NCBI GenBank assembly: GCA_963924565.1
Contig: OZ004612.1
Location: 13,020,001-13,084,000, forward strand
Length of the DNA stretch: 64,000 nucleotides
Direction: 5' to 3'
Origin: Ascidiella aspersa
Lineage: Eukaryota
In this document: positions 14,231 to 28,400 of the stretch, piece after piece
Position numbering within the stretch: the stretch's first letter is position 1
Layout of the letters: each line of letters begins with the position of its first letter
The notes under the pieces: model-generated
Database searches by the model: none
What the model was told of the DNA's origin: nothing
Seen by the model: only the letters and a program-made list of their open reading frames with translations
Made by a program: the position numbers and the translations under genes

Positions 14231-16994
14231 ACCACCTGTTTTTTAACGCACAACATATTCGTCATTCTTTTGCTTTTCAACGTCCCTTTTTTTGAAATAT
14301 GCTTTGCGCAATGAGTTTTTTTTTGAGTTTTGTATTTCTTAAAGTTTTGTATTTTCTTTCTTGAGTTTTGTATTTTGGCGTTTTTTACGTGGTTTATTTC
14401 GCAACAAAATTTCGGTGTTCATATTAATTTGCACTTTCCCTTTTTATAAATTGTTTTGACCTTTTCTTTTTATATATTAACTGCAATATTTTTCTTTTTA
14501 AATCGTCGCCGCAACAATTGTGTTGCATAAAAATATTTTTTTTATGATTGTGCGTTTTTCGCAAACTTCAATGACGCCTAAACAAAATAATTTTACTTGT
14601 TACTTGTATAGTTAAACACAGTTATGCTTTACCTCTATTTCTTTTTATTTTTCGGAATTTTTATAGCCTTCTCGAATTTATCTTCTAAAAATTGTATTTT
14701 GTTATATGTTCTAACTATTTCTCTAAATTGTACAGTCATTCGTAAATGATTTAATTGTGTTAAAATACTACCACGATTTAGTTTACCTCGTTATTGCGTC
14801 TTAAATTAACCCTTATTTTATTTTCCATGATATTTATTTTTCGTGATATGTTATGAGCTGCCTATTTTGCGTTTAATTGATTACTGCACTTTTGATGAAT
14901 ATAAAAACATTTTAATGTGTATTGCTATCGAGCTGCGTATATGTGCATTGTGTGTTGAGTCATATTGATATCGCTTATATCTTAATCCCAGTTTGGTTTC
15001 CCTCGATTCCGATGCTTGCCTATGGACGTGGGATTCTTCTGGGTTAACAAAAACGAAACCTGAACATAGGGCAGCCCCTTGACGCGGGGTTCAGGCTTTC
15101 CACTAAGACTGCCCGGCAAACCTCGAATAATTTTACGATCTTTTTACGCTGACGAGCTAGCTCAACTATGGCCAAAGGGCGCTTATTTTCTAAACAAGAT
15201 AACTTTTTAGCGCATAAAACTTTATTGTAAGTGTAACACATCGCTGTATAACTGTTTTAAAAATTACAGAAGACGAAGTGACATATTTTATTTTGTGAAA
15301 TCTTCGGGTTGTAAAATATGCCCTTTTTTGCAGATTTCGCGCACGCGTTTGTTATTTATGTTTTTGAAGTCCCAGTTATGTCATTTGTAAAATTTCAAAG
15401 TAAGTTATTTGTAAATTAACTCAGGTCATTTTATATTTAGACAAATAGGATGTTAAGGTCCAGTCTAAGTCATTTGGCAAGAAGTCTCATAATTGACATA
15501 AAAAATAAATCTGCAATTTATTTGAATTGTTGAACACATTATAAAACATCGCAATAACAACAAGTTGACAACTTCTAATCTTAAAAACACCAGGCGTTCT
15601 AAGGGCGAAATATGGAGCTGTATATAAGAGTCAAACCGAGACACTTTTCTGTTCAGGTTCTTTTCGGATTCAAGTGTTTTTTTTGTCAGATGCTGGTTTA
15701 GTTCCGGTTTCGCTTCGAAGCAATCAAAAAATCTCGTTTAGGGTTCGGGTAAAGTTTGCCCAATTACGGTTAAATTTGCCCAAATACGGTTTATAGGTTA
15801 ATAACTCCAGTTCGGGTTCGGTTAGACTCCCTGCAGTTAATAGTCATAAAATATGTACTGTATGCGGATTGAGCCAAGTCACTTTTGAAAAAAAAAACTT
15901 ATTTCCGCGAATTAAAATTGTCTTGCCCGTTTTGTTGAAATCGAATTATAGCCCGTATGCGCCGTAGGCCTACTGTTCTATCGCACCCTCGAAAATAAAA
16001 TTTGGGAACCTTAAACCAAATATATCTAGATTTATTTGGGCTTTTTAAAATTGTAAAATTAGAACATTGTAGTTTTTCTAAATTAGAATAGGAGTAGAGT
16101 TAGATCATTTTACACCAAAATTTGATTGGAGATAGAGTTATCGGTACCTAATTCTTGAAAGCCTAATTTCTTTGAATTAAACTGGAATTCGAACTAGAAG
16201 TAGAAGGCCTACATTTAATTTTTCTTAAAGAATTTAATATAATTGCATTTTTTCTCATTAGAATGTGAATGGTTAATATTTGTGTGATAAAGATTAAACT
16301 AAGTACAGAACTCAGTCACCATTCGGGTTCAGGCAGATTTTGGTATTCGAAAGAAAACTTTGATTATATATTTGTGTGATAGCATTTAAACGTTTTACAT
16401 AGCCTGCGGTTTTCAGTCTGTAAAAGTCGCGTGTATGTCGTTCCAACCTAGCAGTGTTAATTCAACATCATTGTCTCGACTGACAAAAAAGCGGTGGATA
16501 AAAACAAGAATTTTTGTAAAATCCACTAGAATTACAGCACTCAAGCCATTTACAATATAGTCTAGAATTAGAATAGCCCCATTTTGTTTTAATGTATTGA
16601 ATTATAAAACTAGAATTAGCCTATATAGGCTACTTGTCCAAATCTTTCGTGAAAAATACAAAGCCATTTTTTACACTTAAGCGAGAATTTCCTTTTTACC
16701 TTTGTGACGTAACTTGTGATGTCACGTTTTGACACAACTTGGTCACGGAATTCCGCAATGGATTTTCGTGTCACAAGATCTGGAAAACTCTTTGGTGCAA
16801 CCCTATTTTAAATGCAAGTTTTGTCAATTTACATTAAATAAACGCAATTGTTTTCGCGCTTCGAGAGTAGACTGGATTTCGGCTGCATATTGGGATACAG
16901 GCTACATATAGTTGATGTTAATAATAGTACGACTATACGGTACTGCTATTTTTATACCTAAATCCCGTTTAAAAGCTCAAAGTATCATTAAAAT

Positions 16995-17430
16995 GTAATA
17001 AGAATATCAAAGCCCATACAGAAGTAGGTATCATTTTGAACGTTTCGAATAACTCTTTATTCATTTTCAACATAGAGAGAAGTCACAGATGGTAAGTGTA
17101 GGCCTATATATAATGCTAAGGCAGACGTCAGAAAGAAGGAAACGTGGAGAGATACACTATATAACGCCGGGTGTGCGGCGATTAGAAGGTAGGTCGCCGA
17201 TAGCAGATAAGGCCATCCACGTGATCAGATGTTAAAAAGATAGAGTGGTATAGAAGCTTGATCTGCGTTAATTTCCGGGTTGTGCCGTGTTATTTCTACC
17301 GTTTCCTTAATCAAAAGACTACGCCAACACCGACTTGTCGCAAGAATCTTGGGGTTTGAAATGATACCTACTTCTGTATGGGCTTTGATATTCTTATTAC
17401 GTCTTACTACAACCTCCAACCATTATGCTC
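16995..17430 (-). mobile_element. 5'-truncated Penelope-like retroelement: GIY-YIG endonuclease C-terminus, pLTR with hammerhead motif, and inverted terminal tail
   Basis: Minus-strand peptide ILATSRCWRSLLIKETVEITRHNPEINADQASIPLYLF resembles PLE endonuclease C-termini. The tail aaatgatacctacttctgtatgggctttgatattcttattac occurs in inverted orientation at both ends (~16995-17036 and ~17359-17400). Confidence 0.8.
17037..17072 (-). ncRNA. Variant minimal type I hammerhead ribozyme motif (U3/A8 core)
   Basis: Minus strand: UG-UUGAAAA-U-GAAUAA agag UUAUUC-GAAA-CG-UU-CA. Perfect 6-bp stem II and palindromic AACGUU stem III; stem I is very short. An identical copy lies at 6937-6972. Confidence 0.6.
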
Positions 17431-17467
17431 CAAAGTTAATTATCATCAAAATGTTATTCATTAAAAT

Positions 17468-17755
17468 CAGTGCTTCCCAACCAGTAGATCGCGAACCATT
17501 GATGGGTCGCTAAATGGTATAGTTTTCTATTAGATCGGGAAATTATTGTATTATCATCACGTAACAGTTATGGAACAATATCAAACAATAAGTAAAAAAT
17601 TGTTGTGCCGCATTAACTATTTCAGTTTACGTACGCCAGTAGTAAAGAAGCAGGTTTTATTTAACTTCATTTGTTTAGTCATATCTTATAGTGGATCGCA
17701 CAATAAAACTTGCATTAAAAATGGGTCGCGAACTTAAAAAGGTTTGGAAGCACTG
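17468..17755. mobile_element. hAT-type MITE
   Basis: TIRs cagtgcttcccaacc / ggtttggaagcactg; imperfect TSD attaaaat/atttcaat; gggtcgc motifs. Confidence 0.75.
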
Positions 17756-17799
17756 ATTTCAATTATTGTGCGTTTCCAACGCCAACGTAAGCTTTAGTT

Positions 17800-17891
17800 C
17801 AGTGTTTCTGAGCCTTTTATAGCTTGCGGCATCCGTCAAAAATAATAAATACATTGCGGCACCCCTATAAGATTTTTTTTAAGAACCACTG
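17800..17891. mobile_element. 92-bp hAT-type MITE with perfect TSD
   Basis: Ends cagtgtttct / agaaccactg; TSD ctttagtt at 17792-17799 and 17892-17899. Confidence 0.8.
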
Positions 17892-18018
17892 CTTTAGTTC
17901 ATATATTGTTGCCTGCATTTAGGCAATCCGTTGTAAACTTTGTTATAAATCTTCTATTTCAAATGACAAAATACAAAAAAGTTTATTTAAAATTAAGTCT
18001 AAGAAGGTTCGTCTAAAC

Positions 18019-18403
18019 CAGTGGTTTCCAACACGTTTGTAAGGCGACCCATTTTATAACAAAAATTCAGTTCGGTAAAATCTTGCAACCCAAGCAAATT
18101 TTCGTAATATTTTAAAAGCCATACAAGATTGCGTTTGTAGGGGACGTCTAACAAACAGCACTGCAAAATCAGAAAACTGTTAAATGTTTTTGCACTACGA
18201 ACGTGCTACAAAGTTTTCCGATGTCTAGACATGAACGCTTTGTGACTTATATTTAAATTTCTAGTTTTGTGATCTTGTCATGTTTCAAACTTTTTTATTG
18301 TTATTTTTTCGCCCAACTTATGTTATGCCTAAAAAACAAGCGACCCCAAAAAATATTCAAGCGACTCAACTTTGGGTCGCGACCCATGCGTTGGGAACCA
18401 CTG
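18019..18403. mobile_element. hAT-type MITE
   Basis: Ends cagtggtttccaac / gttgggaaccactg; gcgaccc motifs; no clear TSD. Confidence 0.7.
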
Positions 18404-19448
18404 GTTCACAACGCCAGGCGTTGGTCTAAATGCTATTAACTAAAACTAAGGTCTTCTTGTTGAACTCCTTTTTTACCTCTTTAATATTCTAAAAAATATT
18501 TTACCTTGTTTTAAGAGCAATGTCTTTAATAACCCGTAATATAGTTCTTAACACAAAACGGCAAGCCTTGCACGAAAGAAAGGGAGTTTGGAAACACTGA
18601 TAATTGGTAGTCACGATAAAAGTCACGGATGATTGACATTTTGTGGAAACCTCCTTACGCTTTCAATTTACTATCACCGCCTTTCCTTCTTTCCCCGCGA
18701 AAACGGTCGTCAGTTTATTTTGTTTTGCTGTATTGGTTTTAAAGTTTTATTCGAATTGCAATGAATTAGTTGTATATATTAATCGCATTGTTTATTTACC
18801 CCAACATAACTTGTTTATTTATCTCCTTAACTCATTAATTATTATCCAAATCACTCAGAATGGTGTAATGTCATATTGTCCATTTTAAATGAATGGTATA
18901 TTAATAACATCTAAGATGAATGCAGTTATTTATGTTTTTTTAATTATAACGCAGTATAGATCAATTTTTGCTGCCAAAATTTGGACACAATCGTAATTCA
19001 TTATTTAAGGGCTGCCCACTTTTATGTAAAATATTACTTTGTAGTTTGTATAGGTTCAATTATAAATGTTACTTAAAAATATTCAAATGAGTGGTATTTT
19101 GCCTGTGTATTATCCCTAATAAACAAAACCGGTGCTTGTCTAGAATCCTATCACATTTTCGTCCGAAAGTTTATATTTTTTTAACAATTATTTGGGTTAG
19201 GGTTCTAGTTTGGGTGGGTCAAGTATTATTATTATATTTATTTCTTCTGGCGCTTGTGTATAATCCTACAAACGCAGATTATTTGTGTTAGGGTGGGTCA
19301 AGTAATATTATAAATTAATGAATACACCCTAACGCTATAATTTGGTGTATATTATTGTTTTTTACAACCTAAAATTTGCTTCAATTTTATTTTTATTACC
19401 CTTTTATCAGGGTTGTGATATGTTTTGTAAAACTGTGTTTCAAACAAC

Positions 19449-22400
19449 ATGGAAAACATTAAGTGCAAAATCTGCTGTAAAAGATTTTCCATTGAAAGAA
19501 AGCAGCAAACTGGTGATCTGTCGCCAAACGAGAGCTTTCCAATTCTTGTAAAATGTGGCCACACCTTTTGTCAGAAATGCATTATACGCTGTGTATCTGT
19601 GCAAAAAGCATTCAAATGCCCAACTTGCAAGGTTGAAACACAATGCAACTATGATAAAAGTGGTATCAAAGGACTGTTTCCGAACGTTGCAATAGTAGGT
19701 CATCTTTTCATGGACAAAAATTGTCTTCAATTAAGATCTCTTGATAAAAGCCTCCAAGCAGCAGCTGAGAGAGGAAAACCATGGAAGTCAAAAGATCTAT
19801 CTCAAAAATGCTCAGAGTGTATTAAAGATGTTGCATTGTTGAGCTGTCTTCAATGTGGTGTTGGATTCTGTTCGAAATGCTTTGAACAGACTCATAGGAA
19901 TTCCAGAGTGTTTCGGCGCCACCAGGGCATCCCTTTTAACCAGCAATCTGAGAGAGACCTCGCTTCATTAGACTGCCACAAGCACCATTCCCTGATGGAG
20001 CACTACTGTGTTGATGACGAAAAACTGATTTGTAGAGATTGCATCGCGTTTGACCATGCTTCTCATACGGTAAGCCCACTTTACAAATATTGCCTTGCAA
20101 CTGTGGTTCCATCACGATGCATACCACTTCGTCCAAAATATTGAAAATTGTGTGAAATAAAAATAAAATTTAATTGAGGTTTTCTGTCCCTGCTTTATGG
20201 TGTTTTTAACACAAAACCTTTTAAAATGGCCTCTTTTTTAATTATTTGTTTATTATATATTATATTATAGTGATTTGTAATATAAGATTTATATAGTGCC
20301 TATTTAAAGGTGATTTCCCTTCGTGTTAAATCGGAGGAAATGTCTGGTGAAATTCGTCAAGCAGTTCAGTCAGCTTTACCCATCTTACATCAATTGAAAC
20401 TTCACATAAACACCATTGATGAAGAGATGAAGGAGATAAAGCTTCAAGCCCTGGAAAATGAGGCTCTATTGATACAACAGTACTTGTACCTTGCTGGACT
20501 AATGCAGGTGATGTATATGTACTTGTTTTTTACAACTTTAAAAGTGACCATGGCTTATTATATATGCATAAGGTATGTTAAAAATGGGATGTGTATTAAT
20601 CATTAATCCTATCTGACTTAATTGACTTAACTTTGATAACATGGAAGTAAGAATTGAATCCATGTCATTTGCTTCTAGGCAAACTTTTTATTTCTTGTCG
20701 GAGAAATGGACAAGATATCTGCAGTTAATATCAAAAAGTTAATACCTATTAAAGAGGCTGCAAGCAAACAACTTCAAACCTTGCAAAACACAATGTCGGA
20801 TGCCACCATGGTATTATTCCAAATAATTAAAAAAATGTGTTTTAAATTTGTTAAATAACATGTCGCTCTCTGCTGAACTTGAAAAGTGTTATATACGGAC
20901 AATGCCTTTGCTTTATTTGTTTTTACTGGACAAATACTACTGTGAAAACAGACTGAAATTGTAGTGTTAGTAGGATAACAAAAAAGTTAATTTAAGCTCT
21001 GGTTTAACTCTATAAAATATGTTGGATTTTTAAAGGCACGTAAAACAATGTTATTCAACTTGTGTTGTTGCAATTTAGATTATCAACATGGAATCATCTG
21101 GCGATCCTGTTGTTATTGACCCTTTTAAGACATTACTTAATCTAAAGAAAGCCAGTAAGACACCTTGTGTTCTAAAGAAGCTGCCAGTAGACCTTGAATC
21201 AAAAAAAGAATTTTATGACAGTGATGAAAATGTGGACCTGGTAGATGAAGATAGGTATTAAATTTGCTAATAATTATAAATGTTCACAGGTCTTTAACAC
21301 ACTGCAAACATCAGAGAGTGATGTACAAACAACAACCCCTATTGGATCATGATAACAATTAACAATGATAAATTTAGTGTTGTTTTGATATTTATTTGAT
21401 TATAAGGGTCTCATTTTTTGTTTTACCTCTGCACGAGGACAATAAAGGTCATTAGACATTACTAAATGCTGTTTCACTTCCAAGGTTCGTGCTTAGTATG
21501 CATGAAGATGCTATTGAAGCTTGCAAGAAATGGGCTTCAATTGATGAAACTTGCAACTTCAAATATTCTGTTGTTTTGCCCAAAGAAAATGACCTATGTG
21601 AGGTTGAAAAGGATTGTGAGCTAATTAGCAATTCTGATGCATCTTCTGTGGCTTCTGAAAACATACTACAGGTAAAGTCCTACTTTTTACCCAATGCTTA
21701 ACATATAATCATTGCGATAATTTGGTTTATAGTCTTAAGCAGTACAATAACTACAAGGTATGTCTGTAATTTGTATATTACAAAAAATAAAAGGTTTAAA
21801 CAAGCGTATTGCATGTGGTACACATTCCTACAGATTTAGTGGTCTGCTAAACAATCATCAATAGATACAGTAATATTAATTTACCTTGTTTATCTAATTT
21901 CATGAAAAAAATTGTAATTGGCGATAAGTGATTTTAAGGCAAACCGCAAAGGCAACTAAACTTATAGTCATAGGCAATCATATATCAACCACTGTTCAAC
22001 CATCCATCCATGTGTGGTGTGTATTGAATACTTGTCATAGGAAAGTGCAAACAAGGAAGTTATTGCTTGTTCTAGTTATAATACTGAATAAGAACTAAAT
22101 TTACTGAGCTGTGATGTTTCACTTTTTTACTGTTGTTTAAAAAACAGATTGATGTTGGAACAAAGCAAAAGTTGCGGATAATCCAGGTGCCACCAGCCAA
22201 CAACCAAGAGCTGGTCTATGTGAAGTGGATAAAAAGTCCCCTTGACTTCTTTATTCAGCGCTCACAGGATGGCAAGCAAGTCTCATTTATTGAAAGGACA
22301 TTGAAGGTTTGTTTTGTATTTGGAGAAACAGACCTTTTTTCCAGCAGGAGATGTTGCTATTAGTCAATTTTCACTTAATATAAGTGTATGTAGCTAATAA

Positions 22401-25400
22401 TAATTAATTGATTTTTGGTTGTAGCTTGTAACTGAGTATAAGCATGAACAAAAGCATTAGGCATTGCAGTCATAGTTGACAGAACAACTCTCAAATCGTG
22501 TTTTAACAATAAAGTATATTAATTGAGCTTTTTATCTTTGAGATTCAAGTTTAGCTTACCCTTGTTGAAATATCAGAATGATTAAAATTACTCTTCCCTT
22601 GTCCCAAAGTGTATGGTTGGCATACTAATTATCTAAAAAATCCAATAACAGTCCGGCAATGTAAGATAATGTTTCAATACTGGGCGATAGCGTTATCTAA
22701 ATTTGAAATCTCCGTTGCATTTCCATGCTGGAATATTTTTCTTTTGCAATAATGTTTTAATAAATCATATAAATGAAGGATTTTATAGCACTTTTATCTA
22801 TTTTAATCACCTAATCTTACAAGACCCTGCATTTACTTAAACAACGACTTTTCTTCATCCAACTTTTAAAGTAATTCAACTTTAACCTAGTTTAACATAC
22901 TGTTCAACAAAATAGTGAACACAGTACAAGAAACATTATTTAGCATGTTTTGCGTTTCTTCTTGTTTTAGACTTTCACCACTCAGCCGTTTCAGGAGAAA
23001 GATGTTCCCAACTTCCTGCGAGTTGGCGAAATTTGCGTTGCTAACTTTCGAGGAAAGTGGTATCGGTGCAAGGTTGTAGCCGTTTTTAAAGATAACACTG
23101 TCGACATTGAAGACGAAGAACTGATTGTTGATGAGTCAACCGCCGGAATAAGAGATAGTGTAGAAATCCATTATATCGATTATGGAAACAATGACAGGGT
23201 TCAGGTAAGAACGATAGCGAGATATTTTGTGATGAAATTCTGTTGTTAGTGTTTTTCTGACATACATGTTTTGGTAAAATATGGATGGTAGAATGATTGT
23301 GGTCAACTTGTGCTCTTAATGTAGTAAGTTGATGGCGAAAACACTTTGTTAAATTGATTGAATATTAGCTGAAGCTGGCAATCAACTATTCAACATTTGT
23401 CAATTTTATATTAAATAATCATGGTAACACAGTTATTCGTTGGTTAACCTTTGTCACCAAATTGCGACAGGGTTGCCATAAAGTCTTTGGATCTTTTAAA
23501 TGTCTTCGAATTGATTTGTGCATTAGAAAGTTTGCCTTTGACCTGTGTTTTGTTTTAGGTCCAGCTTAAGTTCAGTATTTAAAAAGTGACAGAAAAAAAT
23601 GAAGTTTCAACTATTTGTTTTTAAGTTGTACTATTTTCAGGGTTGTTCCCCTCGCCAGCTGGGCGAGCGGCAATCAATCGGCACTCGCCCGGACGAAATA
23701 ACACTCGCCAAATTTGTTGGCATGCCGTCTGCAAATTTTCGTCCTAGCGCGGTCATTTCTTAGGTTATCATTATTCGGTTTTGTGGGTTTTAACGCAAGT
23801 TGTTTCACGCCACAAACAAAACGCCACATTTCGCCTAACACTATAGTTTGTAGTTACACAAGTAGGCGATATTTTCAAATATCGTAGTGTTCAGTGGAGG
23901 TTTTGGTCACTCATACATAAAAAACACTGCTTACAAATATTATTAGAAGATATTTGCATTGAAACTTATTGTTAGCAAAAACTGTAGCAATTGCTCTTAA
24001 TTTCGTAATACAAACAATTAAATAAACACAAAAAAGTAGAACTATTATCCTGGGTGCATCGCAAGTCCAATAAACTTTTCCAAAGGCGTCAACGACTGGG
24101 TTACACATTTAAAAATTAACAATGTTCAAGTTAAACGAAAAACCTTATAACTATTTGCCAATGCAGCAATGACGTCTATGATTGTTTGCAGTTAAACATT
24201 TTTTTTAAACGGGACAAAGAGTCTTCGAACGTGACTTCGATTAACCGTATTATTTGTGTAGTGTTGAAGGTATTTGCGTCTTAGTGTTTAGGGAAATAAC
24301 TGGCGTTAAGTAATATTTCGCTTAGTAGTGGTGCTCAACACAAGTCGTCCTACACCAACTAATTAGATTTCTCGCCGAAGCCACTCGCCAGTCGGGCGAG
24401 TGGGTGTCAATTGGCTCGCCCGGAGAGATTTGCACTCGCATTGGCGAGGGGGCGAGTGCTTAAGGCCAACCCTGATTTTATTGAATTACATTCAAAAACA
24501 TCAATCCAATTTCAGGTTCTTGAAAAGCTATAAAAAATTTGAATTATTTTTACAGAAAATTGTGTTGAGCCTTGTGTAAGCATCATTAGGTCAACTGCAG
24601 TATAAAGTTGCGCACACAACCAGTGATGTCTATACAATTTTTTCCTCGCCAAGGTCTCGTCTGTTCGTTGCCTGCCCCGCATTTTACAGAGGATCCCTGG
24701 TCTGGCCATTCCCTGCACATTGGCTGGGGTCGAACCGTTCAACGTCGAGGCTGGTTGGAGCAAAGAGGCACAGATTGCCTTCTACAAAATGGTCAAGGAC
24801 CGTCCAGTCCTTATGACCACCCTGACCAGGGAGGCAGGCCGTAGATTTGTGGACTTGCACAAACCCGCACCGGACGAGATCGACGTTGACATTCCTGTGT
24901 CGATTCGAGACGCTCTTCTCTATTTGGAAATGGCCAGGTCGGTAAATGCTGCTTCGGCGTATATATTGAATACGTTGAATATGTTGTCAAACACTGAGAT
25001 ATCATGTTTATTCGGATACCTGTGATCTGCCAGAAAACTTTCCATAAATAGACGTCTTCCTATGCTGTTATGGATCAAACGTGCCACATCAATCGCAATT
25101 AATACCTAAAAGATGATTATAAAAGTTTAAAAATATCGTACAGTAGTTCGTCAACGATAATAATCATACCTGGTGAATTATTCATACATAATAATTTAGT
25201 TCGGTTAACTGTTTGAATCTTCTCTAAATCTTTATTTTTTCAAATCTGTATGGGACACACGGCGCTGCATCAATTAAAATGGTTGATTTTAACTTCCGTA
25301 AAATCCATGTGCCCTTTTGTCAAAAAGTTGATCGAAATTGCGAACTATTTCTGTTGATCGGTTTTCGGGATACTATATGTTTGTTGAGTCGCAATATTTA

Positions 25401-28400
25401 TAACTTTTGACACTCTTGTTTGGAATTAAAAAATCTTCTTTAAACAACTACAGAGCCTTTAACAAACTTCTCAATTGTTTTTATTGCAGGTTCAGCGAAA
25501 AGCAAATCCCAACGTCTGACTTGCAACTTGCCGGGCCCCAGAAATCAGTCGGAAAGAGAAGGTACCTTAATCCTACCACACTCATGCCAAGGGAGTATAT
25601 CAACGTCACTCTAAGTGATTTTCGATCACTTGACAAGTGAGTAACGTTTTGCACTTTTAACTAACTGACCGGGTCCTGGTAGCCATCTAATTCTGCGATA
25701 CACGAACAACAGTATATAAAGAGCAGTGGTCTTGTTTAGTAGTTCCAAACTTTAATACCTACGTGAAAAAATCGTAATAAAATCAACTTATCAAAGAAGT
25801 TAAAATAGAAAGGTGCACTTGCCTTGCTTCAACCAATCTATCCATTGATTTTGGATTTGGTTTGTAAGAATAAGGACATTTTACTCGCAGACCACTTAAA
25901 ACTACAACACTACTTGGATTTCACACTGGGGAAGCCACTGGTTTAGTTAATAATTCATTTTTCCAATACCTAATTATAATTCTTGACTATTTGCCGAAAA
26001 GTAAAGTCAAAGTTATATTTTGTTTACCGTTAACCCATCACCTTTTCATGTCACAGTAGTCAGGTTCAACACTGTTTGAAATAATTAATCTGTCCTGCGC
26101 GCTTGTGCAAGTGTGTTGTCCGTCGCGCCTATGCATACGTGTTTTCTGTGTCAAAGCTTTGTAGCAATACGAATACAGTTAAAATTTTTCGTTGAACAGA
26201 TTTAGCGTCCAGCAGTTGGACAGCAGCGCCGAGTACCTTGAATCGATGACCAACAAGATCCAGCGCTTCGTGGTGGGCAAGTGGCACGACAGACTGGACC
26301 CGTCTGCCCCCTTCACCCTTCTTTTTCCAGCCCCGGGCATGATTTGCCTGGCCAAGTACAAGCACTGCGATGCCTGGTACCGAGCCGTCATAACTCAGAT
26401 TTTGGACGACAAAAAGAAGGTCGGTGATTTTTGTGTGCAAAAAAAGAAAGTATTTTTTAAAGAGCCAAAAAGTTCAAAGAGTATAAATTTGAAACCGCGC
26501 GATGGGCACTGCAATAGCTTTTCCAGGTGTTCCTCAACGTTTTTTACCGCGGACCCCTAAAAAACAATTAAAATAAAAACAAGAAATTTTTAGAGATGAC
26601 GTAATAAATTTACGCCATAATGCAAACAGACTTCGAGAATTTGCTTGTTTCCTGTCCAAAAAATGTGAAATGAAGTCTAAATATATTCAGTGCAAAAACG
26701 TTTTCTTTTTAACTATAGACTAACTTTTTCGTTGAAAAATTATTGCTTAAATATTCACTAATTATAGTTTATTTAGGCCTTCATCGACCCCCTAAAACGA
26801 GTTCACGTACCCCCAAGTGGTCCATGGACCCCAGATAAGAACCCCTGCTCTAGTTACTGACAAAAAAGGAAAATAGTATATTTGTGAATAAATCATGTTT
26901 TGTACCATTAACAAAGTTAAATTAAATTTTCTCAAAGTTTATTTTGGTATGTTTTATAATATTTTTTTGATTTTATGTTTCTAGGTTCGAGTAATGTACG
27001 TGGATTACGGCAACGAGGAAGTGGTCAAGGTGGTGAACACCCTAAAAATACCCGACGAGTTTCTGAAGCTTCCTCAACAAGTACGTTTTTACTAAAGAAG
27101 AAATGAATTGTAAATAGCTCGTTAATCAGAACCAGAAAATACGAAATCTCTGTCATCCGACACAATACTGTCGGGAACGGATTTATTTTTTATGCATTTT
27201 TGCTCCTTTATTCCGAAAAAATAAAATATTTCCGACCTTGAAACAGACTTGGACCAAATACCCCCAATTAATAAAATCTGATAAACTAGATTATTATGAA
27301 TGAAGCGAAAATGATAGTCGTTAGTCAATGAAAACAATAGCCGATTATTTACGCATAACGTTTCACTTTTTGAAATTCTCATTAGATGCTGTAAATCTCT
27401 TTAGGTCATTAAGGTGCTGCATTTGCAAAGGTTGATTGATGTTAACTTTCCGATTTTCCGAATAACCCGTTAAACCGATATTTTACGATGAAAGTGGCCT
27501 GGGTTACCGAGGCCGCACTACATTTAAATTGATAAACTGCTGTAGTTTATATAAGTGCCACCTACTCAAACATACCTGCTAATTTTATTCGTTATATATC
27601 GTTCTCTCAATTTATTGTTGTTTTTCTCATTACTCTTGTGATATTTGATTCCGAGTGTTACCGTTTTAAGGCTTTGAGCTGCAAACTGGCTGACATTAAT
27701 CCGGTGGGTGGTAACGAAGAGTGGGCACTAGAAGTAAAAGAAAGATTCATGGAATTGGCTGGGCAGGATAAGTCCCTGATTATGTACATTCGGTACGTGG
27801 TAACTATTTTTTGTTAAAACTATTTCTTTCAGGTATTTTTTCACATTTCTAAAAAAAAATGGCTTAGACTGTAAGATGATTTTACAATTTATATTAACGT
27901 GTGGGGGGTACTGATAAATTTTTTTAAAAGCGTAGTTAATCAGACCAGATCGTGTAAAATCATTTATTATTCCTTATACGCATGTATAGCTAACATTGCT
28001 TTTTATCATGTTGGCTTACTGATATCTGTTATATTTTAGTACAAATAGTTCTTGCTGAAATGTTATTATAATATAGGCACGTAATGAAGTCAACAAAGTA
28101 AGTAAGTACGACAAAAGGTTGATTTTTGCACGGTCGGTTCTAACTGAGATGCTTCCCTAATTGCGTTTTTCTGGTTGTTATTTTAGTTCAAGGTCGGATT
28201 TTCAATATAGCGTCGAATTATTCGATGCCAACGACTACCAAGAAAAGAGTGAGAATCAAGTTGTGTCTGTCAACGAGAGGTTGGTTTACGAGGGACTGGC
28301 TACCGGAATAACAGTACGCAATATTGCCCGCCTGGATGAAAAAGGTTTGTCGTGCGCATTTACCCTAAAATGTTCGTTAGTCATATAGGGTTAAACTTAT

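Noticed and set aside
17225-17419. 64-aa ORF as an independent gene
   Set aside because: Chimera of the inverted non-coding tail and a truncated Penelope endonuclease end.
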